A model generated the notes under the pieces. It had not been told where the DNA came from. It searched no databases and saw nothing but the letters and a program-made list of their open reading frames with translations. The translations under genes were made by a program, and so were the position numbers. Below are positions 46,922-57,383 of a stretch of DNA of 64,000 bases, piece after piece. Source of the stretch: Flavobacteriales bacterium (GTDB lineage: Bacteria; Bacteroidota; Bacteroidia; NS11-12g; UBA955); the NCBI GenBank assembly GCA_947463435.1, contig CANHTS010000001.1, forward strand, positions 3,700 through 67,699, written 5' to 3'. Each line of letters opens with the position of its first letter. Positions within the stretch are counted from its first letter, which is position 1.

Positions 46922-48556
46922 ATGAGAAGATCATTACTCCTTTTATTCCAGGCTTTCATGATCGGAAGCATAGCCGCCCAACAGCCGGTGCAAGGGTTCG
47001 ACGCGGCTGCTGCCATGGCGCGCTACAAGAAAGTGGCGCTGCAGGTGAATACTTCCGCCTTTAGCGAAAAAGAAAAGCAGGCTGTCAGATTGCTGATCGG
47101 CGCGGCGCAAATTGCCGATTCCCTGTTCTGGAAACAAGCCTGGGGAGACAAGAACGAGCTGCTCCGCGCCATGCCCGCCGGTCCGCTGCGCGATTTTACC
47201 TTGCTCAATTACGGTCCATGGGATCGCCTCAACAACGACGCTCCTTTCATACAGGGCATCGGTACCAAGCCGGAAGGCGCCCGTTTTTATCCGCCCGCTT
47301 TCACCAAAGCCGAATTCGACCGCGTGGCAGACAGCAGCAAGTTCAGCGCCTATTCCATACTGAACCGCGATGCCTTCGGCCAAACCACCGTTCAGCCCTA
47401 TTCCGCGGCATATACCGGAGAACTGCGCCTCATGACCCAACAGATGCGCATGGCGGCCGGACTGTTGCGCCCGACGGATCCGCTCTTCAGCGATTACCTG
47501 GAACTCCGTGCCAACGACCTGCTGCGCGATAACTACGATATCAGCGATCGTTTCTGGCTTGAGATGCGCGACAACAAATTCGACCTGATCATCGGTCCGA
47601 TTGAGAACTACGAAGACAAATTCCTGGGCATTAAAACGGCCTTCGAAGCCTATGTCATGGTGCGCGACAACGAATGGAGCCAGCGCCTGGAGAAATACAT
47701 CGGTCTTCTTCCCTGGCTGCAGGAAAACCTGCCCGTTGCGCCTGCCTACAAACAGGAAAAGGTGGGCAACAGCGGCAGCCAGCTGGCCGTATTTGATGCG
47801 CTCTATTACGCCGGCGACTGCAACGCGGGCAGCAAAACCATCGCCGTAAACCTGCCGAACGACGAAACCATCCAGAAGGAAATAGGAACCCGCAGAACCC
47901 AGATCAAAAACGTGATGCGGGCCAAGTTTGACAATATGGTGCAGCCTATTTCCGAACTGCTCATCGACCCGAAGCAAAGGGTGAACATCACCTTCAATGC
48001 GTTTTTCAACAATGTGATGTTTCACGAAGTGGCACACGGCTTGGGTGTGAAGAATACCATCGACGGCAAGCGGACGGTCCGCGAGTCGCTCGGCGCCAAA
48101 TACTCCGCGATTGAAGAGTGCAAGGCCGATGTGCTGGGCCTGTATATGGTGACGCGCCTGCTGGAAAGGGGTGAACTGACGGAAGGAACATTGGCAGACT
48201 ACTATGTCACTTTTGTGGCCAGCGTTTTCCGCTCTGTGCGTTTCGGCGCTTCCAGTGCACACGGCAAAGCCAATATGATCACGTTCAATTTCCTGCTGAA
48301 CAGCGGAGCCGTGAAGCGGAACAAAAAAGGCACTTACCGCGTTAACATCAACGCGATGAAGAAAGCCATCAACGATTTGGCAGGGCTTTTGCTAAAAGTA
48401 CAGGGAGACGGCAGCGAAGCCCGTGCGGCTGAACTGCTGGCGAAGGATGGCATCATCGGAACCATCCTCGCCCAAGACCTCGCCAGGCTTGAATCTTCGG
48501 GAATCCCGGTTGACATCTATTTCGAACAAGGCATACATACCCTCGGTATCCAATAA
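46922..48556 (+). CDS. Secreted zinc peptidase, dipeptidyl-peptidase III (M49)-like
   Basis: ATG verified at 46922, signal peptide MRRSLLLLFQAFMIGSIAAQ; FHEVAHGLGV zinc motif and downstream EECKAD resembling the M49 EECRAE motif. Confidence 0.55.
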   Translation: MRRSLLLLFQAFMIGSIAAQQPVQGFDAAAAMARYKKVALQVNTSAFSEKEKQAVRLLIGAAQIADSLFWKQAWGDKNELLRAMPAGPLRDFTLLNYGPWDRLNNDAPFIQGIGTKPEGARFYPPAFTKAEFDRVADSSKFSAYSILNRDAFGQTTVQPYSAAYTGELRLMTQQMRMAAGLLRPTDPLFSDYLELRANDLLRDNYDISDRFWLEMRDNKFDLIIGPIENYEDKFLGIKTAFEAYVMVRDNEWSQRLEKYIGLLPWLQENLPVAPAYKQEKVGNSGSQLAVFDALYYAGDCNAGSKTIAVNLPNDETIQKEIGTRRTQIKNVMRAKFDNMVQPISELLIDPKQRVNITFNAFFNNVMFHEVAHGLGVKNTIDGKRTVRESLGAKYSAIEECKADVLGLYMVTRLLERGELTEGTLADYYVTFVASVFRSVRFGASSAHGKANMITFNFLLNSGAVKRNKKGTYRVNINAMKKAINDLAGLLLKVQGDGSEARAAELLAKDGIIGTILAQDLARLESSGIPVDIYFEQGIHTLGIQ

Positions 48557-48561
48557 AAAAC

Positions 48562-50646
48562 ATGAGCTCACGCAAATTCATCACCCCACTCTTCCCGATA
48601 GCCCTTTTCAGCTTTCTGGTTTTCTGCAGCAGCCGCAGGCAGGGAAACGAACCCGAACTGATGGGCCGCATCCTCGAACAGCTGCGGGTGCATCACTACC
48701 AGCCCGTTAAGCTGAACGACGAGTTCTCCGGCAAGATCTACAGCAATTTCCTCGATAAGCTGGACGGCGACAAGCGCTTCTTCATCCAGGCCGATATCAA
48801 GAAACTGGAACCTTTCCGCAACCAGCTAGACGATCAACTGCAGCGCGGTTCGTACGCTTTCATGGATTCAGCCTGGAGCCTGTTCGACCGCCGCATGAAC
48901 CAGTTGGAGAAACATTACCAACAAGTATTGGCCAAACCCTTCGATTTCCAAGGCAACGAGGTTTGGGATTACGATGAAGAGAATCCCAAATATGCCAAAG
49001 ACGAAAAGGAACAACTGGAATTCTGGCGCAAGTCGTTGAAATTCAGTGTACTGGAACGCTATTACCGCAAAACGGAGCAGCAAAACGAAGCCCGCAAGCG
49101 CAACGACAGTGCCTTCAAGGAGTTGAGTGCCGATACGCTCGAAGCGCGTTCGCGTGCCGAAGTGCTGAAATCGACCAACGATTGGTTCAAGCGCTTCCGC
49201 CGCATGAGCCGGAAAGACAAAGTTTCCTTCTATATCAATGCCATCACCGAGATCTACGATCCGCATACCAACTTCTTCCCGCCGGCTGAAAAGCAGAACT
49301 TCGATATCGGCATGAGTGGCAGACTGGAAGGCATCGGTGCGACACTCGTGGAACGCGATGGCTTCATCAAAGTGGAACGCATCGTGCCCGGCAGCGCCAG
49401 CTACAAGCAAGGTGAACTAAAAGCCGGCGACCTGATCATCAAGGTTGGCCAGGCAGCCGCTGAACCGGTGGATGTGGTTGGGATGGATCTCGACGACGCC
49501 ATCATGCTCATCCGCGGCAAGAAAGGCACCGAAGTACGGCTTACTGTGCGCAAACCGGACGGCACAACCAAAGTTATTCCCATCGTGCGCGATGTGGTGG
49601 TGATTGAAGAGGGATACGCCAAAAGCGCCATAACCCAATACCAGGGCAAGAAATTCGGCCTCATCAACCTGCCCAGTTTCTATGCCGACATGAATGAAAG
49701 AGGCGGCCGCAGCGCAGCGGGAGACGTTCGTCAGGAGCTGATCAAGCTACGGGAAGAAAATGTGCAGGGACTGGTACTCGATCTCCGCAACAACGGCGGT
49801 GGCAGCCTGCGCGATGCGGTTGAAATGGCCGGCCTGTTCTTCCGCACCGGTCCGGTTGTGCAGGTTCGTTCGCGCGACGGCGATGTGGATGTGCTCCGCG
49901 ATTACGACGAACAGACCATCTGGAACGGTCCGGTCGTGGTGCTTACCAATGCCTTCAGCGCATCGGCCTCCGAAATTCTCGGGGCAGCCCTGCAAGATTA
50001 CCGCCGCGCGGTGATCATGGGCAGCAAATCGACCTTCGGCAAAGGCACTGTGCAAACCTTCTATAACCTCGACGGAGCCGGAACCGATCGCCGCAGCGCC
50101 GGCATGGGTTCTGTAAAGGTGACCGTACAGAAATTCTACCGCATCAACGGCGGAACCACGCAGCTGGTTGGTGTAACTCCTGACGTAATCGTTCCGGATG
50201 CCTACGATAACCTCGAAATGGGCGAAAAGGAACAGAAGTTCGCCATGCAGTACGACAAGATCAAACCGGCTGATTACATGCAGTTCAACGATCCGCGCAT
50301 GAATCCGGCCATCGAGAGCGCACGCCAGCGCCTTGCGTCGAGTGCGCATTACGCCATCGTAAAACAACATGCCGCTGTATTGGATGCACGCCGCAAGCAG
50401 GTACAGTATCCGCTCAGCTATGCGCGCTTCGCGGAAATGGAAACCCAGCGCACGGCCGAAAACCGCCGCTTCAACGATACCGCCTACAAGACCAGTCTCA
50501 GCGATTGGAACGCCCTGCAGGCCGATCTCCAGGCTGCCGGTGGCGATGAAGCCAAAACCGCCCAGCGCAAAGACTGGATCAAGGCCTATCGCCGCGACGC
50601 CATGCTCGAACAGGCGGTATTACTGCTGACAGACTGGTTGCCGTGA
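48562..50646 (+). CDS. ctp: S41-family carboxy-terminal processing protease
   Basis: PDZ segment plus LDLRNNGGGSL and TNAFSASASEI catalytic regions; ATG verified. Confidence 0.85.
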   Translation: MSSRKFITPLFPIALFSFLVFCSSRRQGNEPELMGRILEQLRVHHYQPVKLNDEFSGKIYSNFLDKLDGDKRFFIQADIKKLEPFRNQLDDQLQRGSYAFMDSAWSLFDRRMNQLEKHYQQVLAKPFDFQGNEVWDYDEENPKYAKDEKEQLEFWRKSLKFSVLERYYRKTEQQNEARKRNDSAFKELSADTLEARSRAEVLKSTNDWFKRFRRMSRKDKVSFYINAITEIYDPHTNFFPPAEKQNFDIGMSGRLEGIGATLVERDGFIKVERIVPGSASYKQGELKAGDLIIKVGQAAAEPVDVVGMDLDDAIMLIRGKKGTEVRLTVRKPDGTTKVIPIVRDVVVIEEGYAKSAITQYQGKKFGLINLPSFYADMNERGGRSAAGDVRQELIKLREENVQGLVLDLRNNGGGSLRDAVEMAGLFFRTGPVVQVRSRDGDVDVLRDYDEQTIWNGPVVVLTNAFSASASEILGAALQDYRRAVIMGSKSTFGKGTVQTFYNLDGAGTDRRSAGMGSVKVTVQKFYRINGGTTQLVGVTPDVIVPDAYDNLEMGEKEQKFAMQYDKIKPADYMQFNDPRMNPAIESARQRLASSAHYAIVKQHAAVLDARRKQVQYPLSYARFAEMETQRTAENRRFNDTAYKTSLSDWNALQADLQAAGGDEAKTAQRKDWIKAYRRDAMLEQAVLLLTDWLP

Positions 50647-51080
50647 GCCGCGTTAAAATTGCGATTCCTGAGCGGGATCCGGACTTTCGGGTTCGGATCC
50701 CCGTTCGTATTTCAGACCTGAACTACGGGAAGCACCTGGCCAACGACCGCTTGGTGGCTGTATTGCACGAAGCCCGTGTGCAGCATTTTGTGCAACACGG
50801 CTGCAAAGACGATCTCGACTTTTTCGGTATCGGTCTCATCCAGGCCGATCTGGCGGTTGCTTTTCGCTCGGAAGCCTTCTTCAACGAAATGCTCGAAGTG
50901 GCGCTGTTCATCGAAGACCACACGCCCAAAAGCTTTGCCGTGTATTACGAAATCAGGGAAGCCGAGAACGGACGCCTTGTAGCCACGGCCCGCACCGGGA
51001 TGGTGGCTTTCGATTATGGAACCAGGGCGGTAGCATCGTTTCCTGAAACCGTGCCGGCTCTTTTCCGCCTTACCCCTTAG
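50643..51080 (+). CDS. Hotdog-fold acyl-CoA thioesterase (YbgC/4HBT-like)
   Basis: 145 aa; GTG start overlaps the ctp stop (GTGA); 4HBT-like central motif. Confidence 0.6.
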   Translation: MSRVKIAIPERDPDFRVRIPVRISDLNYGKHLANDRLVAVLHEARVQHFVQHGCKDDLDFFGIGLIQADLAVAFRSEAFFNEMLEVALFIEDHTPKSFAVYYEIREAENGRLVATARTGMVAFDYGTRAVASFPETVPALFRLTP

Positions 51081-51084
51081 CCGC

Positions 51085-53322
51085 TCAGGTATTCAACCAC
51101 CAGAGCAGTTTCACGACCAGGGTTTCATCTTTCACACCGCGCAGGCCAAATCCGTAATTGGCTGTTAAGTCGTTGCGGCTGTACACGATGAACAAGTCGC
51201 TCATCGGCCGGTAACGCCATTGCAGGCGGGTATTGGTATTGAAGTTCCGGGCCTGGGTATTGTATTGCAGGAAGGTGGTGAGATACAGGTTGGTGGTAAA
51301 ACTGAGTTCTGCCTTTGCACCGATCAGGGTAAGGAAAGTGCGGCGATAAGGCGCGGGCATATAGATATGGTCGTTGCGGGCGGAAAGAGAAAAAATGCCC
51401 CAGGGCTGGTAGCGGTAGGAAATTTCACCGCGCACACTCTGGTTGTAGCCGGTATAGAAACCGCCTCCCGACACTTCGAAATTGCCGCTCAGCTTGCGGC
51501 GGATATCGCTGTTCATGCGGAAGAAAGCGCGCGTTGCAGGATACAGACCGGGCAGCAGAAAAGTGTCTGAAACGCCGGTAGGGTCGTTGGGGAAATACAA
51601 ACGAATCCGCGTGTAGATTGCACCGGCGCTGAGGGCCATGGTATTGCGAAAGATGAACTGCGGGCCGGTTTCGATGTATTGGTCATTCCCGCGCAGGCTG
51701 CTGTCGAAATACAGGCTTCCGTAGATATTCCATTTGATGTTGTTAAATGGACCTTTGGATGGGTACCAGGTACGCGTAACGATGGGTTCGAAGCGCCAGT
51801 ACGACATATTGACCACGCTGCGGGTTTCGGAGTTGAAGACCTTGGTGCGCGGTACAAAACCCACATCGGCGCGGTGAGTGGCATGCACAAACTCATGGTT
51901 CCATTCTGCCAGCCAGGTGCGGGTGGAATAGTTTAGCCAGGAAGCGTGGGCATGGGAGCGAAGGGAACTGTTCTGATAGAAACTCTGGTGATAGAAGAAC
52001 TTCCCGCGCCAGCGCGAATCGCGGCTGATGAGGTTGTAATCGACGCCGAGCAGGCGGTTATAGCCCTCGCGCTCCGTTTTATTCATCGGTTGACGGCTTA
52101 CGGCGATGGCCGAAATGCTGCTGGCCGAAAACAACTTCCGCTGCACGGCGGCCACGCTGTAATTCACGCGGCTTTCGGCTGAATTGCTCGAGGGCATTTG
52201 CACGCTCATGGCACCAATGCGCCAATCCGTTCCGATTTTACCGCTCACCCGGGCGCCGGCCGAAATGGGCAACAAAGCCCCGTCGCGCAAGCCGATATTC
52301 CTGGAGAAGAACGGGCGGATCTGCCGGAAGCCGAAGTTGCCGAAGAGGTCGCTGTTTTCAATGAAGAATTGCCTCCGTTCAGGGAAGAAGAGCGAGAAGC
52401 GGGAGAGGTTGATCTGTTGGACATCCACATCCACCTGCGCAAAATCCGGATTCACGGTCAGGTCGAGGTTCAGGCTGCTGCTCAGGGCGAGTTTGGCGTC
52501 TGCTCCGCCGTTCAGGCTGCGGTCGGCCGGAAGGTTGCGGGCATGGTTCTTCACCACGCGCCCGATGCCGTACGGAATGAGAACTGTATTGCGCTTGCGG
52601 GGTTGCGGGGCCTGTTCAAATTCCATCCAACCGGTGAAGGTGAGGTTGGCGATATTGAAGTTGCGCGGCACCAATACCCATGTGCTCGTTTCGTTGATTT
52701 TCAGGTTGTTGCGGGCGAAGTTGAGCTTCCACTGGGCGCGTCCTTCCGGAAAACGCAAGGAGCGAAAAGGGATGCGGAACTCGGCAATCCAACGGTCGGC
52801 GTGACGGGTAACGGCGGAATACCAAACCTGGTCCCAGGCCGTGGTGACGCCGAAGTTTCCTCCGCCTTCCACCGAGCCTTCGCGTTGTGCGCCCATGGGG
52901 TTCACCCCGAAGGAGAAGCCATTTTGCCCGTCGTTCCAGGGGTCGATCACCATGTTGAAGGCATCGCTCACGGGGAAAGAGAAATCCCTTTTCAGGCTTT
53001 GAATCACATAGGATTTATCGGGATGTGCATCGTAGCAAATGGCCGCCACGTAGAGATTTTCTGCGTCGGAAGCGAGCATCACTTCCGTCCGCGTCTGGCT
53101 CAATGCAGTATCGTAGGGAAAATGTTGCCAGAATCCGCCGATCACTGTGGCTCTCTTCCAGACCTCCTCCTGCAACAATCCATCGGTCTGCATCGCTTCA
53201 CGCGCAAAAGCAACCTTGGCGATGGCTTGTTTCGGCGGATCGGCAGACAGATGGAAAGCGCTGCCGGCAAATAATGCCAGCACAATCGCCGCGCGGAGCA
53301 TGGAGCTTAGGATCGATGGCAT
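51085..53322 (-). CDS. Large secreted protein, DUF5916 / CBM9-like outer-membrane-associated family
   Basis: ATG verified at 53320-53322; signal peptide; 745 aa; family call is tentative. Confidence 0.45.
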   Translation of the reverse strand: MPSILSSMLRAAIVLALFAGSAFHLSADPPKQAIAKVAFAREAMQTDGLLQEEVWKRATVIGGFWQHFPYDTALSQTRTEVMLASDAENLYVAAICYDAHPDKSYVIQSLKRDFSFPVSDAFNMVIDPWNDGQNGFSFGVNPMGAQREGSVEGGGNFGVTTAWDQVWYSAVTRHADRWIAEFRIPFRSLRFPEGRAQWKLNFARNNLKINETSTWVLVPRNFNIANLTFTGWMEFEQAPQPRKRNTVLIPYGIGRVVKNHARNLPADRSLNGGADAKLALSSSLNLDLTVNPDFAQVDVDVQQINLSRFSLFFPERRQFFIENSDLFGNFGFRQIRPFFSRNIGLRDGALLPISAGARVSGKIGTDWRIGAMSVQMPSSNSAESRVNYSVAAVQRKLFSASSISAIAVSRQPMNKTEREGYNRLLGVDYNLISRDSRWRGKFFYHQSFYQNSSLRSHAHASWLNYSTRTWLAEWNHEFVHATHRADVGFVPRTKVFNSETRSVVNMSYWRFEPIVTRTWYPSKGPFNNIKWNIYGSLYFDSSLRGNDQYIETGPQFIFRNTMALSAGAIYTRIRLYFPNDPTGVSDTFLLPGLYPATRAFFRMNSDIRRKLSGNFEVSGGGFYTGYNQSVRGEISYRYQPWGIFSLSARNDHIYMPAPYRRTFLTLIGAKAELSFTTNLYLTTFLQYNTQARNFNTNTRLQWRYRPMSDLFIVYSRNDLTANYGFGLRGVKDETLVVKLLWWLNT

Positions 53323-54635
53323 CAGTCTTTCGCGGCAATGTTGCGCTTCTGGGTGAGGCTGAGCGCATTCATATTCTTGTAATAGCTAAGCTTGCCGGTA
53401 TTGACATAGAATTTCATCTTGCGTCCGGGAGCGATATAGTTGGAAGACAATCCGTTCCAACGTTTGGCATTGGCCACGGTGCAGTCGAAAATATCGGCAA
53501 CCGTGTAGAGCGCATCTCCTTTCTTCACCGTGTAATACACCCAGGTTTTCTGCGCGGCCGGTGTGGTGCTTGCAATATTGGTGGCCCGCGGAACGATGCG
53601 GATATACGTGACTGAATCGACCACACGGGTAAAGGTATCGTACAAGACGCGTCCGCCTTCTGCAGGAGCCGGAATATCTATGTCAATGGCAGCCAGCGAA
53701 TCGCGGTTCTGCCAGCCGGTATCGGGCAATGCCCTGGCCGATACGACGGGAGCGGCTTTGCGTTGTGCGGTACAGAATGAATCGCGGAAGGCCGGGAAAG
53801 CGTTGCAGCGGCCGGCGGGGAGATAAATGGCTGTTGGCTCGACTACATACGGCAGGTATTCACCGCGTAGCACCGGATTGAAGAAGCGCAGATCTTCCAT
53901 CGGAACGCCGAAGCGTTTTGCAATGGCAGGAAAAGGCATCGCGCAGGCCGACCAGAACGTGTCGGTTGCTTCGGGTGTATACGGCTTGAGTTCGATGTTG
54001 TGGAGCGAATGGAAATTCCAGATGTACAGCACGCCCATGAAGCGCACCAAAGGCGCCTGGAATTCTTCGGGTAAAACCAGATGAATACTGTCGTACTGGA
54101 GTTTGTTTCCTGCCAGGCGGATGGCCTTGTTCAATTCCACCGGTCCGATGCGGAAGGCTGTGATGGCCAGGTTCCAGTCGCGGTAGATATCGTACAGATC
54201 GGCAAAATAGGCTGCGGCGGCCCTGGCAGCTTTTTCGCGGCTGCGGCGTTCGTCGGTATACGAATTGACCCTCAGGTTATAGCGTTTGGCAATGGCGAAA
54301 GACATGGGCCAGGCACCTGAAGCGCCATCTTTACCGGAGAAATCGTATGCCAAGTTGGTATTGGCAATGGGAACAAAGCGCAGGAAGCGCGGCAATCCGG
54401 CTGCATCCAGGGCTTCATCCACATAGGGAAGGGTGCTTTCCGATTTTCCCAGCAGGAATGAGGTATAGGCTTCTTCGTTGAGGATCCAGTAATCGATTTC
54501 CGCCTTTACCTGGTCGTTATAAAAGAAGGGAAGGCCTTTTTTAGACAGCTCGCGGAGGCGGGTTTCGTAAATGTCTGCAGCATTCACTGCTTGCCATCCG
54601 AACAAGCTCAGACAAAACAACAGGAGGGGTCTCAT
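53322..54635 (-). CDS. Lytic transglycosylase (MltD-like) with C-terminal LysM domain
   Basis: Signal peptide MRPLLLFCLSLFGWQAVNA; SLT-like core; C-terminal YTVKKGDALYTVADIF...YIAPGRKMKFY LysM; start overlaps the gatA stop (ATGA) and its stop overlaps the next ATG (TGATG). Confidence 0.7.
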   Translation of the reverse strand: MRPLLLFCLSLFGWQAVNAADIYETRLRELSKKGLPFFYNDQVKAEIDYWILNEEAYTSFLLGKSESTLPYVDEALDAAGLPRFLRFVPIANTNLAYDFSGKDGASGAWPMSFAIAKRYNLRVNSYTDERRSREKAARAAAAYFADLYDIYRDWNLAITAFRIGPVELNKAIRLAGNKLQYDSIHLVLPEEFQAPLVRFMGVLYIWNFHSLHNIELKPYTPEATDTFWSACAMPFPAIAKRFGVPMEDLRFFNPVLRGEYLPYVVEPTAIYLPAGRCNAFPAFRDSFCTAQRKAAPVVSARALPDTGWQNRDSLAAIDIDIPAPAEGGRVLYDTFTRVVDSVTYIRIVPRATNIASTTPAAQKTWVYYTVKKGDALYTVADIFDCTVANAKRWNGLSSNYIAPGRKMKFYVNTGKLSYYKNMNALSLTQKRNIAAKD

Positions 54636-56068
54636 GCCCGCGCAAGCTGCAAAAGGTATTCCGAAAAGCCGAGCAAAGCAGCTTCTGAGAAGTCAGCGCC
54701 CATGATCTGCATGCCGAAGGGCATTCCATTGCTGTGTGTTCCAGTCGGAATCGAGATCGCCGGATTTCCTGCCAGGTTGGCTTGAACGGTGAACAAATCG
54801 GCGAGGTACATCGCCACCGGATCGGCTGCTTTTTCGCCCATGCGGAAAGCCGGTGTGCTGGTTGTCGGCAGCAGGAACAGGTCGTAGGAAGCGAAGATAT
54901 CGCGTGTTTTGGTGCGGATCAGGTTGCGCACCTGTTGTGCCTTGGTATAATAGGCGTCGTAGAAATCGCTGCTCAGAACAAAGGTTCCGAGCATGATACG
55001 GCGCTTTACTTCCGGACCGAAGCCTTCGCTACGCGAGCGTTTGAAGGTGCTTTCCAGGTCGGTTGCATTGGGACTTCTGTAGCCGTATAATAGGCCGGAA
55101 TAGCGGCTCAGGTTGCTGGATGCTTCTGCCGTGGTGAGCACATAATAGCAGGGCACCATGTAGTCGAGGTAGGGAAAGGATACGCTTTCCACGGTATGGC
55201 CTTCTGCGCGGAGCTTGTTGAACAGGTCGAGGCAATGCTGGCGGATTTCAGGATCGAGGCCAGGATGATCGAGGGCTTCGCCGAGGTAGGCGATGCGGCG
55301 CGGCTGATGTTGGTATTGCTGCAGCGCGGTGGTATAGGGTTCAACAGGTTGTTGGGAACAGGTGGCGTCGTAGGCATCGGGCCCGGCCATCACCTCCAGC
55401 AGCAGGGCAGTGTCTTCCACGCTGCGGGTCATGGGGCCGATCTGGTCGAAGCTGCTTGCATAGGCCAGCAAACCCCAGCGGCTGATGCGTCCATAGGTTG
55501 GCTTCAGGCCCACCAATCCGGTGAACGCAGCGGGCTGGCGGATGGAACCACCGGTATCAGAACCCAGGGCGGCATGGCACAATCCGGCTTGTACGGCCAC
55601 AGCGCTGCCGCCGGAAGAACCGCCCGGCACGCGCCCGGGATCGGCGGCGTTTTTCACCGGTCCGTAAGCGGAGTTCTCGTTGCTCGCACCCATGGCAAAC
55701 TCGTCGCAATTGGTACGTCCTATGATGATGGCACCTTCGGCCAGCAGGCGTTCGGTGACGGTGGCGTTGTACATCGAGCGGAATCCGGAAAGGATGCGCG
55801 ACGAAGATGAAACGCCGTGGTCTTTATAACAGATCACATCCTTCAGGGCGATGACCATGCCCGCCAGGCGGCCTGCTTTGCCTTCACCCAAAAGTTTGTC
55901 TTGCTGTTCGGCAGCAGCCAGTGCTTCATCCGGATATAATTCGAGGAAAGCATTCAGATCAGAATGCGCGTTTGCCTGTTGCAGGTAGTATTCAACCACC
56001 TGCCGGCAAGTAAGGGTACCGGCCTCCAGCTCTTTACGCAGGAGGCTGTAGCTGGAATGCGGAACCAA
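54632..56068 (-). CDS. gatA: Asp-tRNA(Asn)/Glu-tRNA(Gln) amidotransferase subunit A
   Basis: Amidase signature GGSSGGSAVAVQAGLCHAALGSDTGGSIRQPAAF; TTG start at 56068. Confidence 0.85.
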   Translation of the reverse strand: MVPHSSYSLLRKELEAGTLTCRQVVEYYLQQANAHSDLNAFLELYPDEALAAAEQQDKLLGEGKAGRLAGMVIALKDVICYKDHGVSSSSRILSGFRSMYNATVTERLLAEGAIIIGRTNCDEFAMGASNENSAYGPVKNAADPGRVPGGSSGGSAVAVQAGLCHAALGSDTGGSIRQPAAFTGLVGLKPTYGRISRWGLLAYASSFDQIGPMTRSVEDTALLLEVMAGPDAYDATCSQQPVEPYTTALQQYQHQPRRIAYLGEALDHPGLDPEIRQHCLDLFNKLRAEGHTVESVSFPYLDYMVPCYYVLTTAEASSNLSRYSGLLYGYRSPNATDLESTFKRSRSEGFGPEVKRRIMLGTFVLSSDFYDAYYTKAQQVRNLIRTKTRDIFASYDLFLLPTTSTPAFRMGEKAADPVAMYLADLFTVQANLAGNPAISIPTGTHSNGMPFGMQIMGADFSEAALLGFSEYLLQLARA

Positions 56069-56082
56069 GGAAGAGCTGCGGG

Positions 56083-56301
56083 TTAGCGGGGGTTGCGGTC
56101 GTTTTGATCTTCCTTGATGCCGTCTTCGATTTCGCGCTTCACGTTGTTCTTGGCATCGTTGAATTCGCGAATGCCTTTGCCGAGACCGCGCATCAGCTCA
56201 GGAATTTTGCGGCCTCCAAACATCAGCACCACGATGAGCAGGATCAGGATGATTTCCGTGGTTCCCAGGCTGCCTAACAGCAGCATTACTAAGTGCGTCA
56301 T
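56083..56301 (-). CDS. tatA: Twin-arginine translocase subunit TatA/E
   Basis: ATG verified at 56301; [39 protein letters not shown] is the canonical TatA TMH plus amphipathic helix. Confidence 0.8.
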   Translation of the reverse strand: MTHLVMLLLGSLGTTEIILILLIVVLMFGGRKIPELMRGLGKGIREFNDAKNNVKREIEDGIKEDQNDRNPR

Positions 56302-56560
56302 GGTGAAAATTTCGTCAAAAATACGCATAAAAGGCGGAAGGCGGGTATCCCTAGCGCCCTCACGGCGGAAATCCCGCCCAATCCATCCGTAAAGCGGCAG
56401 AGCCTGCTCTGCGGAATTGTCAACGGATTGCTTGAGTAACAAATATCCCCCAACCCTGCTCATACGCTTTAATCATGAGACACTCCTTGCACAGTTTCGG
56501 TTTGCAGGCCTTATTCTGCGCTTGGTTTTGGTTAAATTCGCGCCTCTAAAAATCACCCAA

Positions 56561-57124
56561 ATGAGCACAAGCCTGCAGGAAATCATTACCGGACTGAAAG
56601 AGTCGCTGGAGAAAAACCTGGACCATACCCGTAGCGAATTTGCCCGGCTCCGCGCGGGAAAGGCAAGTCCGGACATGTTGGCGTCGGTAATGGTGGAATA
56701 CTATGGCGCCATGACTCCGCTGCCCCAGCTTGCAAACGTCAATACGCCCGATGCACGCAGCCTGGTGATCCAGCCCTGGGACAAGTCGCTCATCCGTCCG
56801 ATCGAAACGGCCATCATCAACTCAAACCTGGGTTTTGCACCTTCCAACGACGGTGAAACCATCCGCATCAGTGTGCCACCGCTCACCGAAGACCGCAGGA
56901 AAGACCTGGTGAAGAAATCGCGCGAGGAAGCCGAACACGGCAAGGTGGGTATCCGCAACCTCCGCAAGGAAGCCAACGAAAAGATCAAAAAGCTTCAGAA
57001 GGATGGCTTGAGTGAAGACGAAGCCAAGGCCGGCGAAGATGAGGTGCAGAAGCTGGTTGACGCGTATATCAAGAAAACCGACGAAGCCTTCGCTGCCAAG
57101 GAAAAGGAAATCATGACCGTCTAA
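56561..57124 (+). CDS. frr: Ribosome recycling factor
   Basis: ATG verified at 56561; full-length similarity to RRF (VEYYGAMTPLPQLANVNTPDARSLVIQPWD...). Confidence 0.9.
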   Translation: MSTSLQEIITGLKESLEKNLDHTRSEFARLRAGKASPDMLASVMVEYYGAMTPLPQLANVNTPDARSLVIQPWDKSLIRPIETAIINSNLGFAPSNDGETIRISVPPLTEDRRKDLVKKSREEAEHGKVGIRNLRKEANEKIKKLQKDGLSEDEAKAGEDEVQKLVDAYIKKTDEAFAAKEKEIMTV

Positions 57125-57383
57125 GGGAAATTAGAAGAGCATCTTGGCTAGGTTAGCTGTTTCACCTCTTAAAAGCGGCCGTGATTTCCCTTGGTTTGCT
57201 GCACAACAGTTGTCACAATTTCAAAAACTACACCGGTTGAGCGCAGGCAAATAACCGATAACATGACCGCAATTGACCTGTAGTATTTCATGTAGGTCAA
57301 CAGGAAAAAACGTATTTCCGTCACAGCAATGGCAAGGAGATGCTATAAATAGCCGAACTTTGCGCTATCAAAAAAGCATCAAA

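Noticed and set aside
46943-48262. 439-aa minus-strand ORF
   Set aside because: Antisense to the M49-like peptidase (HEVAHG/EECKAD motifs on plus strand). Composition is typical of GC-rich antisense frames.
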